Below, one piece after another: positions 10,865 to 20,654 of a stretch of 64,000 nt of DNA. The DNA lies in assembly GCA_051439605.1 (NCBI GenBank), contig JBFRWN010000032.1, positions 1 to 64,000 on the forward strand, written 5' to 3'. The notes under the pieces were generated by a model that saw only the letters and a program-made list of their open reading frames with translations, searched no databases and was not told the origin of the DNA. Position 1 is the stretch's first letter; each line of letters opens with the position of its first letter. The translations under genes were made by a program, and so were the position numbers. The DNA comes from Synechococcus sp. GTDB lineage: Bacteria; Cyanobacteriota; Cyanobacteriia; Thermostichales; PCC-7336.

Positions 10865-12064
10865 ATGCAACGCAGACATTTCCTGCAGATTGGTAGTGTA
10901 TTCACTGCATCAGCCCTTTCCTCCCTCTTTACGCAGGGTTGGACTTTACCCGGCTTAACCCAACCCAATCGGTCCAAACGTTTGCTGGTCATTTTCCTGC
11001 GTGGTGGTATTGACAGCCTTAATGTTGTGGTTCCCTATGGAGATTCGAGTTACTACGAAGCTCGTCCATCTCTTGCCATTGCCCCCCCCGGTCAAGAAGA
11101 CGGGGTGTTGCCTTTATCCGATGGATTCGGTCTCCACCCTGCCCTCTCGGAACTGATGCCATTTTGGGAGAATGAGACCCTAGCATTCGTCCACGCCTGC
11201 GGTCTCAAACCCAACTCCCGTTCTCACTTCGTTGCCCAAGATTATTTGGAAACGGGCATGCCTGGGGATAAGTCATCGCGGAATGGATGGTTGAATCGCT
11301 TAGTGGAGCTGTTAGCTGCCTCCAGCCCGGTAAATGCTGTGAACTTTGGGCCTACCACGCCCCTAATTTTGCGGGGTTCTGCATCAGTTAGTAATTTCCA
11401 ATTTGAGCCCTCAGTTCCTTTTAAGCAGCAAGAGATAGCTGCAGCTTTTACAGATATTTACGCTGGCAACGAGCCATTGAGTCTTTACTACCAGCAAGGG
11501 CTCGAAGAACAATCCATTCTTGCCGCCGAGCTAGAGCGGGCAATGCATATACCCATTCAAAATGCACCTCCTGCTAGAGATTTTTCCAAGCAGGCTCGCC
11601 GTCTTGCCCTCCTGCTGAAAGGAGATGCTGGACTGCAGGTTGCGTTCACATCTGTAGGGGGATGGGATTCCCATGCCTCTGGTCCCCCAGAGAGATTCTT
11701 ACGACAATTGGGAGCTGGCTTGGCTGAACTCGTTAAGACCTTGGGCTCAACTTATCGCGATACTGCCATTGTCCTAATCTCAGAGTTTGGTCGCACTGTG
11801 GAAGAAAATGGCAATCAAGGGACGGATCACGGTCACGGTGGACTGGTATGGGTTCTGGGAGGTAATGTTCGTGGTGGAAAAGTGTATGGAGAATGGCCTG
11901 GACTGGCACCATCGCAAAGGTTAGAGGGACGCGGCCTTAATATCACAACCGATGCGAGGGATGCGATCGCTTCTGTATTAGCCGAACATTTCCAACTTGA
12001 TGCCACACAGTTAGCAACCATCTTCCCAAACCATATTTTTCAGCCTTCTGTTCAGTTGGTTTAA
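10865..12064 (+). CDS. DUF1501 family protein with Tat signal
   Basis: MQRRHFLQ twin-arginine motif; LLVIFLRGGIDSLN, RSHF, GGWDSH, SEFGRT..NG..GTDHG; usual partner of DUF1800. Confidence 0.93.
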   Translation: MQRRHFLQIGSVFTASALSSLFTQGWTLPGLTQPNRSKRLLVIFLRGGIDSLNVVVPYGDSSYYEARPSLAIAPPGQEDGVLPLSDGFGLHPALSELMPFWENETLAFVHACGLKPNSRSHFVAQDYLETGMPGDKSSRNGWLNRLVELLAASSPVNAVNFGPTTPLILRGSASVSNFQFEPSVPFKQQEIAAAFTDIYAGNEPLSLYYQQGLEEQSILAAELERAMHIPIQNAPPARDFSKQARRLALLLKGDAGLQVAFTSVGGWDSHASGPPERFLRQLGAGLAELVKTLGSTYRDTAIVLISEFGRTVEENGNQGTDHGHGGLVWVLGGNVRGGKVYGEWPGLAPSQRLEGRGLNITTDARDAIASVLAEHFQLDATQLATIFPNHIFQPSVQLV

Positions 12065-12077
12065 GAAACACTCGTTT

Positions 12078-12375
12078 AATACCAATTTGTTGTAATGGTG
12101 AATTGAATAGTTCTTGCATATCAGTCCCAAAGCTTTGATATACAAGTGCCTTGCTCAGATGGTCAGACTTTAGCCTTATTGAGTGTCAAGCAAGGATTAC
12201 GGCCATCAAATGCTCGCGACAGTTCGGTGGTTGTGGGAAACCTTACATGGGCTCTATTTTGGTGTCCCAACAGAGATGGCAACACCATGTGTGTAGGATG
12301 CCTCTAATGCTCCTCTCAGATTGCTGTAGGTTAATACGCTGTTCGCAACAATCAGACACAAAATCCATAGGTATT
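12078..12375. repeat. Possible degenerate MITE-like element
   Basis: Ends AATACCAAT...ATAGGTATT form short inverted ends; left end shares TTAATACCAA with the element at about 60386. No credible coding content. Confidence 0.25.
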
Positions 12376-12987
12376 TAGGCGGGTTGGGTGTCTGTTCAGT
12401 TAGATTCCTGGAAGGAAATTGATAATTTTGATGAAGTCCAATGCACTTTTCTGAGAATCAAAAACCCCATTGAGTACGTACATCTACTCACTAGACTCAT
12501 AACATTTGACGTGAAGTTTCCTCCTTGATGGATGGTATAAGTACTCATCAGCCTATAGATGGCTATGAAGCTTAGACCATATACCGAATGTGAAATTTTC
12601 CTTTTCCTTGTCGATGAATCGAGTAGAAAAGTCAGAAAACAACCACATTTAAACTGTAAGTCAGGTGAAGCCCTCAAATCTCCGTAACCCTCTTTTATCA
12701 GGCTCTCCGAAGGTTTCAGCTAAAGTCAAATGACGCAAACGACTTCTGTTTTAAGTAGAAATCCAGTTTTTCCCGCAAAATAATCTAGATTGGTCTAGAA
12801 ATGCCTTGTAGAACGTGTCACTATAGAGGCGTGGAAAACCTAGAGGTGCTTTCAAAGCCCATAGACGTAGCCTTAACGAAGGCTTCATAGAAGTCAGGAG
12901 TTTCGTAATATTTCTCCTGGGATGTTTGTGATACATTGTGCGCAACGGGTTCGTCGCACAATAGTTTTAACTTCCAGGAGATCCTCT

Positions 12988-13182
12988 ATGCCTCTAGAAA
13001 ACGTCAGAGTCAAAGTTGATACGCGCAATCACAAAGGTTTTTTTGTTCCAGAAGCTTCATACACTTTGCACGATGTCGATCAGAATGGCTGGGCGCTCAT
13101 TTGTGTTGACGATGCCCATTGCCATTACGTTGACCCTGATTCCCTTAGGCTGCCCAAAGGGGCCCGGCGTTCCAAGTCTTAG
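12988..13182 (+). CDS. Small hypothetical protein (64 aa)
   Basis: AGGAG at 12976-12980 before ATG 12988; beta-rich protein-like sequence; followed by an intrinsic terminator. Confidence 0.7.
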   Translation: MPLENVRVKVDTRNHKGFFVPEASYTLHDVDQNGWALICVDDAHCHYVDPDSLRLPKGARRSKS

Positions 13183-13231
13183 GACTTGCTATGAGTCTCA
13201 AACTCACTGACTAAATTGCGATACATCCTGG

Positions 13232-13259
13232 AGAGGCTTCAGCTCGAAGCCTCTTTTTT
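13232..13259 (+). terminator. Intrinsic terminator
   Basis: AGAGGCTTC-agctc-GAAGCCTCT followed by a T-run. Confidence 0.8.
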
Positions 13260-13325
13260 CATAACTTGGTTTTTATGGGTATTTTCCTGATGGTGGTGCG
13301 CTAGCCCTGGGTGCCTACATCTACA

Positions 13326-14681
13326 TTAGGTCTGATTAACAGCCAGATTTCGGAACTGAGTGTATTGATTTTCAAATAACAGCTTCACGGTTCCCGTGGG
13401 ACCGTTACGGTGTTTCACGATAATCACCTCTGCTAGCCCTTTATCTACCGTATTAGGATCGTAGTATTCATCCCGATAAAGCATCAGCACTAAGTCAGCA
13501 TCCTGCTCGATACTGCCCGATTCCCGCAAATCTGAAAGCTGCGGCCGCTTGTCAGATCGCGACTCCACCGCTCGGCTGAGCTGGGACAACACTACCACCG
13601 GCGCATTTAGTTCTTTTGCCAACGCCTTTAGTCCACGGGTAATGCGAGCTAGTTCCAAAACGCGGTTATCCGATCCGGATCCCTCCATCAGCTGCAGGTA
13701 ATCCAACAGAATCATCCCCAACGCTCCCCCCTGTTCCGCCTGCAGGCGACGGGCCTTGGATCGGATTTCCGTAACGGTTGCGTTGGCAGTATCGTCAATG
13801 AAAATCGGCATCTCTGACAACATACCGATGGATTGACTGAGCCGCTGCCACTCGTGCTCGCTAATTCGCCCCGACCTAAGGCGATGACTTTCAATTTTTG
13901 CTTCGCTGGCCAACAAACGCTGCACCAATTGTTCCCGCGACATTTCCAGGCTAAAGACCGCCACAGGCAACTTAGTTTGAGCCGCAATGTTGTGGGCCAT
14001 GTTCAAACAGATGGCCGTTTTCCCCATTGAGGGTCTTCCCGCCACAATTACTAAATCGGAGCGCTGCAAGCCTTGGGTTTTACTGTCCAAGTCGTAAAAT
14101 CCAGTGGGGATTCCAGGCAGGGAATCCTTCTGCAAAGATTTCTCTTCTAAGTCCGCGAAAATATTGAGCAAAATGTCTGAGGCAGGAACGAGCGCCTTTT
14201 TGACCCGATCCTGCGTCACCTCAAACATTTCCTGCTCGATTTTATCGAGCACCTGCGGGATATCGATACTAGCGTCGTAAGCGATGCCAGACGCGCGGCT
14301 GCTGGCGCGAATGAGCTGGCGACGGACGTACTTATCCAGCACTAACTTGGCATATTGGTCGATGTTAATGCTGCTGGGGGTTTGTTCTACGAGCTGGCGC
14401 AGAGTGGCTGTCCCGCCAACCTTATCCAGTAGCTCGCGGTCATCTAACCAAGCGGACACGCTCGTCAGGTCCGTAGGACGCCCTTGGGCCGCCAACAGCA
14501 TGGCCGCTCGATAAATTTCTTGATGAGCTGTGAGGTAAAACGCCTCAGGCTTTAACGTTTCTGCAACACGAGCGATTGCATCCGGGTCCATCAGAATGCC
14601 GCCCAATATTTCAGTTTCCGCCTCAATATTTTGGGGGGGTAAGCGATCCGCTACCCCATTCATTTCGAACTGATTGATCAC
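13326..14681 (-). CDS. dnaB: Replicative DNA helicase (no intein)
   Basis: LPPQNIEAE, AGRPSMGKT, FSLEM, DYLQL, SQLSR, uninterrupted LRESGSIEQDAD, KHRNGPTG. Confidence 0.98.
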   Translation of the reverse strand: MINQFEMNGVADRLPPQNIEAETEILGGILMDPDAIARVAETLKPEAFYLTAHQEIYRAAMLLAAQGRPTDLTSVSAWLDDRELLDKVGGTATLRQLVEQTPSSINIDQYAKLVLDKYVRRQLIRASSRASGIAYDASIDIPQVLDKIEQEMFEVTQDRVKKALVPASDILLNIFADLEEKSLQKDSLPGIPTGFYDLDSKTQGLQRSDLVIVAGRPSMGKTAICLNMAHNIAAQTKLPVAVFSLEMSREQLVQRLLASEAKIESHRLRSGRISEHEWQRLSQSIGMLSEMPIFIDDTANATVTEIRSKARRLQAEQGGALGMILLDYLQLMEGSGSDNRVLELARITRGLKALAKELNAPVVVLSQLSRAVESRSDKRPQLSDLRESGSIEQDADLVLMLYRDEYYDPNTVDKGLAEVIIVKHRNGPTGTVKLLFENQYTQFRNLAVNQT

Positions 14682-14706
14682 AGCAGATAACTGGTAAAGT
14701 CCGACT

Positions 14707-15168
14707 TTAGGCAGGCAAAACCTGCAGTCGAATAGTAGCAGTTACTTCGGGGTGCAACTTGATTTCTACGGGATAATCACCGGTTTGCTTGATGTCGCTG
14801 ACGTTGATGTTGCGGCGATCGATGTCTTGACCGCTGGATTGCTTGATGACGTCTGCGATGTCTTGGTTGGTGACAGTACCGAAGATGGCATCTCCTTCGC
14901 CAACTTTGACCTTGACTATAAAGTTGTTGATGGTTTCTAGCGCCGTCTTCTTGCTGTCGGCCAGCTGCTTCTCGGCCAACTTGCGCGCTTCCTCTTGGGC
15001 GCGGCGCAGCTCGATAGTCTTGAACACGCCCGGTGTCATGCGCTCGGCCAAGCCTTGGGGGAAAAGGTAGTTGCGAGCATAGCCGGGGGTTACCCCTACG
15101 ACTTCGCCGGCTTTCCCAAGTTTGGCGACCTCTTGGCGCAGAACTACCTGTAAGTTTTTCTTAGCCAT
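14707..15168 (-). CDS. rplI: 50S ribosomal protein L9
   Basis: LGKAGEVV.V.PGYARNYLFPQG, IFGTVT, KLHPEV; directly upstream of dnaB. Confidence 0.97.
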   Translation of the reverse strand: MAKKNLQVVLRQEVAKLGKAGEVVGVTPGYARNYLFPQGLAERMTPGVFKTIELRRAQEEARKLAEKQLADSKKTALETINNFIVKVKVGEGDAIFGTVTNQDIADVIKQSSGQDIDRRNINVSDIKQTGDYPVEIKLHPEVTATIRLQVLPA

Positions 15169-15224
15169 GATGCTTGTTGCTGTAGTTGTTCTAAATTTGC
15201 CCAGGTCTATCAGTATAGGGGAAT

Positions 15225-16880
15225 TTAGGTGTAAATCGGACAACTGAGTTCTTGAAGTCGTTCTGTCAGCTTCATATTTTCCCGATAGTCAATGGGGCAG
15301 TCAATCACTACGGGGCAATCGGCGTTCAGTGCTTTCCTTAAGAGGTCGGGGAAATCTTCTGTTTTCTCCAATCGCAGGCCTTCTGCCCCAAAGCTGCGGG
15401 CAAGGGTAACAAAATCAGGATTTTGGAAATCAACCCCTGCTGTGGCATTGTAGCGATTTTGTTGTTTCCAGCGAATTAATCCGTAACCGTTGTCGTTAAA
15501 GATCAAAATAACGATAGCTAATTGCAGGCGGACAGCTGTTTCTAACTCTTGAACGTTCATCATAAACCCGCCATCCCCACACACCGCCACTACGGCGCGA
15601 TCTGGATGGACAAGTTTAGCAGCGATCGCAGAAGGGAGGGCAAATCCCATGGCCGCAAATCCATTCGAGATCAGCACCGTATTGGGATGATAGGCCGGGA
15701 ACATGCGGGCAACCCATATTTTATTGGCCCCAACATCAGAAATCACAATGTCTTGAGGAGCCAGAGCTTTCCTTAGTTCGTACAAAACTTTTTGAGGCTT
15801 GATGGGCCAAGCACTGTCATCTTTGGTTAATGCATACTCATCCAAAATCTGCTGCTGTACACCCTTGAAACGGGCAAAGTCTTTAGACTGAAATACCATC
15901 CCTGCAAGCCTGGAGACGATTCGCTCCACATTGCCAACAATTTCTACAGTTGGACTGTAGTTGGCGTCAACTTCTGCAGGTCCTGCCCCGATGTGAATAA
16001 TTGTTTTCGAGCGATCCGGATTCCAGTATTCCGGACCGTATTCCACATAGTCGTAACCGATGGCAATCACCACATCGGCACGGTCCATTCCGCAGGCAAT
16101 ATGATCCCGCACCTGAAGGCCTATTGTGTAGAGACTGTTGGGATGCTGAAAGCTGAGGACCCCCTTGGCCATAAAGGTATTGACGACCGGGACATTTAAC
16201 GTTTCGGCTAGCTGCTGGACCGCTTGGGCTGCTCCTGCTCGAATAGCCCCATTTCCCGCCAAGATGATGGGTGTTTCTGCCTGTTCAATAATTTCGGCAG
16301 CTTCCTCCAATAGCTCTTGAGGGGCGATAGGGATGGTGCGGCGGGAGAGAGGGGTAGGCAAGGGCAGTCGCAGGGAATCGTCTACCGACATTGCGGCAAT
16401 ATTCTCGGGCAATTCAATATGCGTAGCTCCAGGGGGCTCTGTTTCCGCCAGTTTGAAGGCTTTACGCACCACCTCGGGGACGGGTTCTGGAGAGCTGATG
16501 CGGGCAGTCCACTTGGTGAAGGGCCGGAAGATCGAGTTGACGTCGATGTATTGGTGAAAATCTTGATGTATACGGCGCAAATCCGCTTGGCCGGTAATGG
16601 CCACCAATGGTGCTCTATCTAAGCTGGCATCAGCAATGCCTGTAATTAAGTTGGTGGCCCCTGGCCCCAGCGTGGCTAAACAAACCCCCGCTTTACCCGT
16701 CAGCCGCCCGTAGGCATCCGCCATAAAGGCTGCCCCTTGTTCGTGGCGCACAGAAACAAATTCAATCGAAGAACTCCGCAGCGCATCGTTAATATCTAAG
16801 GTTTCTTCCCCCGGTAAACCAAAGATATAGCGAACTCCTTCCTCTTCCAGACAGCGAACTAGCAGATCGGCAACACGCAT
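15225..16880 (-). CDS. ThDP-dependent enzyme, acetolactate synthase-like; resembles cyanobacterial 2-oxoglutarate decarboxylase (OgdA/Sll1981 type)
   Basis: LLVRCLEEEGVRYIFGLPGEE, RHEQGAAFMAD.YGRLTGKAGVCL.TLGPGATNL, ThDP motif GDGGFMMNVQELETA..NDNGYGLI.WKQ. Confidence 0.8.
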   Translation of the reverse strand: MRVADLLVRCLEEEGVRYIFGLPGEETLDINDALRSSSIEFVSVRHEQGAAFMADAYGRLTGKAGVCLATLGPGATNLITGIADASLDRAPLVAITGQADLRRIHQDFHQYIDVNSIFRPFTKWTARISSPEPVPEVVRKAFKLAETEPPGATHIELPENIAAMSVDDSLRLPLPTPLSRRTIPIAPQELLEEAAEIIEQAETPIILAGNGAIRAGAAQAVQQLAETLNVPVVNTFMAKGVLSFQHPNSLYTIGLQVRDHIACGMDRADVVIAIGYDYVEYGPEYWNPDRSKTIIHIGAGPAEVDANYSPTVEIVGNVERIVSRLAGMVFQSKDFARFKGVQQQILDEYALTKDDSAWPIKPQKVLYELRKALAPQDIVISDVGANKIWVARMFPAYHPNTVLISNGFAAMGFALPSAIAAKLVHPDRAVVAVCGDGGFMMNVQELETAVRLQLAIVILIFNDNGYGLIRWKQQNRYNATAGVDFQNPDFVTLARSFGAEGLRLEKTEDFPDLLRKALNADCPVVIDCPIDYRENMKLTERLQELSCPIYT

Positions 16881-16974
16881 GACACCCCCAATCCCAGCGG
16901 CGATAATCCCTTTATTTCGAGTGTTACACATAGATTGGGGCAAAGGGCCAATAGCTTCGTGAAGCGCAATACCT

Positions 16975-18546
16975 TTACGCAAGCCCCAATAAAGACTGCA
17001 AAGGGGGAGGGGCAGGTAGAAGCACAATCACTAACAACGTCAGAATCAGCAGACCCAGCAGATCGCGCCCTTCATTCAAGTCGGTTACATCGTTCAGAGC
17101 AGGCTCATCCGCACTGGCGAGCAGCAAAACGATCAGCATCCACACCCGCAGCCAAGGTTGCAGGATGAAGGCCACCAGCACTACCAAAACACGGGCCACC
17201 TTGCCAATGTTGCTGCCCATTTGGTGACCGTAGACCGCATGCACAATATGTCCGCCCCCCAGCTGACCAATGGGAATCAAGTTAAGGGAGATCACCAACA
17301 GCCCCAACCAGCTGGCAAATCCCACTGGATGAAATTTCAACATGGTGTCGGGGGATAGCATATTGCCCAAAGTGATTTTGGCCAAGATTGCCAGCAATAT
17401 CGATCGACTCGGATCGAAGGTGAACGAATCCAGAAATAGCTGAGTGCTAGCGGGAGGAAGAGGATCGGGAAGAGGAACAACGGTGGATTGGCTCAGTCCC
17501 CACAGTAGAAGCGGCAGAGCTACGGAAAGACCAGCCAACGGCCCTGCAATAGAAACGTCAAACAGAGCTTTGCGATTGGGAACGGGTTCTTTGAGCTTGA
17601 CAAAAGCACCGAACGTGCCCAGAAAAAATGGCACTGGGATGAAATAGGGCAGCGAGATTTTGAGATTATGGCGACGGGCTGCAAAATAGTGGCCCAGTTC
17701 GTGTGCCCCCAAAATCAGAGTAATGGCCAACGCATAGGGAAGCCCCACGAGTAGGTTCGTGGGTGGGCTAAAGAGTGTCTCGGGGGAAACGGTACCGGTT
17801 GCAAGGGCTCCGACACTCATCGTGCTGAGTAAAGCCGCCACCAACAAGGCGATCGCCAAGTTGGGATTCTCACCTGCTTGCTCCAAAGATGGATTTTCTT
17901 CTTTGAGAGCAGCTGCGGCAGGGTTAGGTACGATTGCAAAAAAGGGTTTGCCCGCAAAGCCCTCCTGCAATACCAGCAAGAAGCGCTGCCCAAATAAGTC
18001 TTTGAGGTTGTCGTTGATGCATTGGTAGGCTTCTTCCGGCTCGGCTCTCAGGTTTCCACGACAAATAATTGCTTGGGGGCGATACTCGAAATCTTGGATG
18101 TAGTACATCGTCCAAGGAAAGCATCCCCGCAATTTTTCCCGTGGCAATGCGGCTAAATCTTTATTTTTAATTGATTGCTTGCTGACAGATGGCTGAGACT
18201 GGGGTTGGTTAACTTCAGCAGAGGATTGAGGGTCCCTCCCAGAAGGGAGAGAGTCTGCTGGCTGCTCGGATTGCTCCTCTGCTGCATGCTTGGGAACGGG
18301 GGTCTTGAGTTTTCCTCGCCGCAGTATGGAAATACTTGAGATATAGGAAAACAGAAACAGTCCCCCTAAAACAAGAATGTTGGGTTGTCTCTGAAATAGC
18401 TCTACAGCAACCACCCAAACGGCGATCGGCAGCATCATGATCGCCCACAGTTTCACCCACGGGACATTAGTAAATCGAGCAGCGCTTCGGCGCAATGTCC
18501 AAGAGGTGAAGACTCCTAAAAAAATCAGCACCATCCAATGTGTCAT
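16975..18546 (-). CDS. Site-2 protease (M50) family membrane protein, EGY-like
   Basis: HELGH zinc motif, PYFIP..LGTFGA, AGPLAG, NLIPIGQLGGGH, multiple TM helices, ICRGNLR. Confidence 0.9.
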   Translation of the reverse strand: MTHWMVLIFLGVFTSWTLRRSAARFTNVPWVKLWAIMMLPIAVWVVAVELFQRQPNILVLGGLFLFSYISSISILRRGKLKTPVPKHAAEEQSEQPADSLPSGRDPQSSAEVNQPQSQPSVSKQSIKNKDLAALPREKLRGCFPWTMYYIQDFEYRPQAIICRGNLRAEPEEAYQCINDNLKDLFGQRFLLVLQEGFAGKPFFAIVPNPAAAALKEENPSLEQAGENPNLAIALLVAALLSTMSVGALATGTVSPETLFSPPTNLLVGLPYALAITLILGAHELGHYFAARRHNLKISLPYFIPVPFFLGTFGAFVKLKEPVPNRKALFDVSIAGPLAGLSVALPLLLWGLSQSTVVPLPDPLPPASTQLFLDSFTFDPSRSILLAILAKITLGNMLSPDTMLKFHPVGFASWLGLLVISLNLIPIGQLGGGHIVHAVYGHQMGSNIGKVARVLVVLVAFILQPWLRVWMLIVLLLASADEPALNDVTDLNEGRDLLGLLILTLLVIVLLPAPPPLQSLLGLA

Positions 18547-18981
18547 TTCAACCGCCCGCCCTGGTTATACCGATTCAGAGTGAAAACCTGTTTGCTCAAT
18601 GTTGACTGCTTCCGCAAGGATGACCGTGCCTCCACGCTAACCCTATTACTAGCTAAGTTCGGTCGCTTGCGTCTAACCAAAGGATTACACCTGAGTCTGG
18701 GTTGCGCGGCGCTTTCACCATGAAACCTGCACCACAGCAAGCAAATAGGAGGATAAATGCCCGATAAAATTAGAGATTGTGCGCTGGCCCACTGCGTATT
18801 GCCAACCAAACTGTTGCTGTTTGTGTCGCCTGTCAATATACTCCATCTGCCAGGCAGTAGAATTCATGCCTATTCATTCTAGCCATACCACTTTTGAAGG
18901 GGCAGGTTGAGTCAATAGAGAGGTCGAAAGATGGCTGAATGCAAATCGACAAACAGTGCTTGTGGTGGAGCTAGTCTATAG

Positions 18982-19353
18982 CTACACATCCCGTTTCATG
19001 AGCTTCTTGTAAAAGGCCGTGCTGAAGTCAGGGGATTGGCCGCGTTTGATAGTACTGACAACGTCAATTAAATAATCGATGAACTCAAAATTGGAGAGTG
19101 ACATTTCATATGTCAACTCCGCTTCTTGCCTAAATTGCACCTGACAGACTGTCAAATCCGAAGGTAATGGGAGGGCTGGCCAAGTTGCCACAAAAGGCAC
19201 CGCTTCATCCCCTTCAATATCCCGTCGACCCTCAAAATTCTTTTGTTTGTAGAGGCCCACCGCCAGTGGAAGTAGGGGGCGGCGACCAACGGCGTAATAG
19301 GGGGCGTAAACGGCAACTTCCCCGGGACTAGCTGGAGTAATATCTGTGGTCAT
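18982..19353 (-). CDS. ebsA: Type IV pilus/secretion protein EbsA
   Basis: PA...V.VYAPYY..RR..LP.AVGLY..EG.R.IEG..VPF.ATW..LPSDLT.C..QF..ELTYE..DFS..FY.KL pattern. Confidence 0.85.
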   Translation of the reverse strand: MTTDITPASPGEVAVYAPYYAVGRRPLLPLAVGLYKQKNFEGRRDIEGDEAVPFVATWPALPLPSDLTVCQVQFRQEAELTYEMSLSNFEFIDYLIDVVSTIKRGQSPDFSTAFYKKLMKRDV

Positions 19354-19591
19354 GCGGATCTCTGGCAACTTGAGAATTTCGTTGATGCAAAGCGAATAGC
19401 TTAGAGTGGCCATCCTTCATTCAAGGTACCCATCCCACTCAGCAGTACCTACTCAATGTAAGGTCCGGAGATTGTCTGTGTGGATTCCCCTAATGGGAGG
19501 CTTGCGCTGCAGACGAATACATTAGAAAAAAGGCCCTGAAAGGAACCCGTCTAAGCAAAAATTCCGCTCAACGTGACTGTGGTTTCATCGG

Positions 19592-20563
19592 TTAGGAGGT
19601 CTGAGTGTAGCGCAACAGCGTCCCGCGCTGACCCAGAATAAAGCCACGCTCGGGGTTGATAAATTTCACAGAGTAGAAATTCGCAGGAATGTTACTGGCT
19701 TCTTTTACCTGCTCCCAGGTTTGGCCGCCATCACCGCTGTGGACGAGGGTTCCACTACCCCCTACGACCCAGACATTATCGGGATCTTGGTAAGTGGCGC
19801 CCAAGTAGCCAAAGCTGGTGGTACGACCGGGACGTTGCGCTTTTCCCCACTCACCACTGGTAATGTCATCCGTGAATGACACTTCCGCTCCACGGTTGAG
19901 TTTCCAGCCAGAGTTCCCAGGACCAAATCCCATGTTCTGTAAACGGCGGGAACTATCTCGGTTGAAGGGCTCCCATAGACGGCTACCGGGACGATGCAGA
20001 GTGTAGAAATTTCCTCGGGCAGAAACGCCGACGTAGGCACCATCATCGCGGCGACTCACATTTCTAAGGACTCCGATAGCATCGTCCACCAGTGCAGTCC
20101 AATTTCGGCCCCCATCTTCCGTTCGATAAAGGGCGCCGACAGTGGTCACCATCTCTGCAGTGTTATCAGCAGTGGCTGCCACCAACATAGGCTCTCCAGG
20201 TAGCTTGTCGCTGAGGGGAATTTGAGCCCAGCGATCGCCCCCGTCAGTGGTATGCAACATTACCTTGGGTTCGCCAGCAACCCACCCCTCCTGTCCGTTG
20301 AAGCTGATGGAGGTGAGGTAATAGTCGGGGTTGCTGGTCTGCAGGGTGCTGGCTTTCCAGTTTATGCCTCCATCGCGGGTTTCAAGTAGGGTTCCTTTAT
20401 CCCCAACAATCCAACCCCGTTCGCTTCCACCCACAAAGGCGATATCTAACAGGGTGCGATCGGTGGGGAGGTCCACCACCTGCCATGGGGAGACCCGCAT
20501 GTTTGGCAGACCAGCAGCCATCAACAGAATAGACAGAAGGATCGCAAATGTGCGCAGAAACAT
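19592..20563 (-). CDS. ycf48: Photosystem II assembly factor Ycf48/HCF136
   Basis: Repeated T.DGG..W propeller motifs, KLPGEP, VSARGNFY, Arg patch NRDSSRRLQNMGF, GFILGQRGTLLRY. Confidence 0.95.
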   Translation of the reverse strand: MFLRTFAILLSILLMAAGLPNMRVSPWQVVDLPTDRTLLDIAFVGGSERGWIVGDKGTLLETRDGGINWKASTLQTSNPDYYLTSISFNGQEGWVAGEPKVMLHTTDGGDRWAQIPLSDKLPGEPMLVAATADNTAEMVTTVGALYRTEDGGRNWTALVDDAIGVLRNVSRRDDGAYVGVSARGNFYTLHRPGSRLWEPFNRDSSRRLQNMGFGPGNSGWKLNRGAEVSFTDDITSGEWGKAQRPGRTTSFGYLGATYQDPDNVWVVGGSGTLVHSGDGGQTWEQVKEASNIPANFYSVKFINPERGFILGQRGTLLRYTQTS

Positions 20564-20654
20564 AACACTGGTTTACTTAACGACGAGATCAAACGGTTTT
20601 GGCCGATAACTAGAACGGTACAACCCTGCTGGTGCAACTGGAGATTGGTGCAGC

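Noticed and set aside
12376..12960. CRISPR array or leader in the AT-rich spacer
   Set aside because: No direct repeat-spacer periodicity and no cas genes in the window.
13490..13530. DnaB intein
   Set aside because: RESG-SIEQDAD is contiguous; the insertion site is empty.
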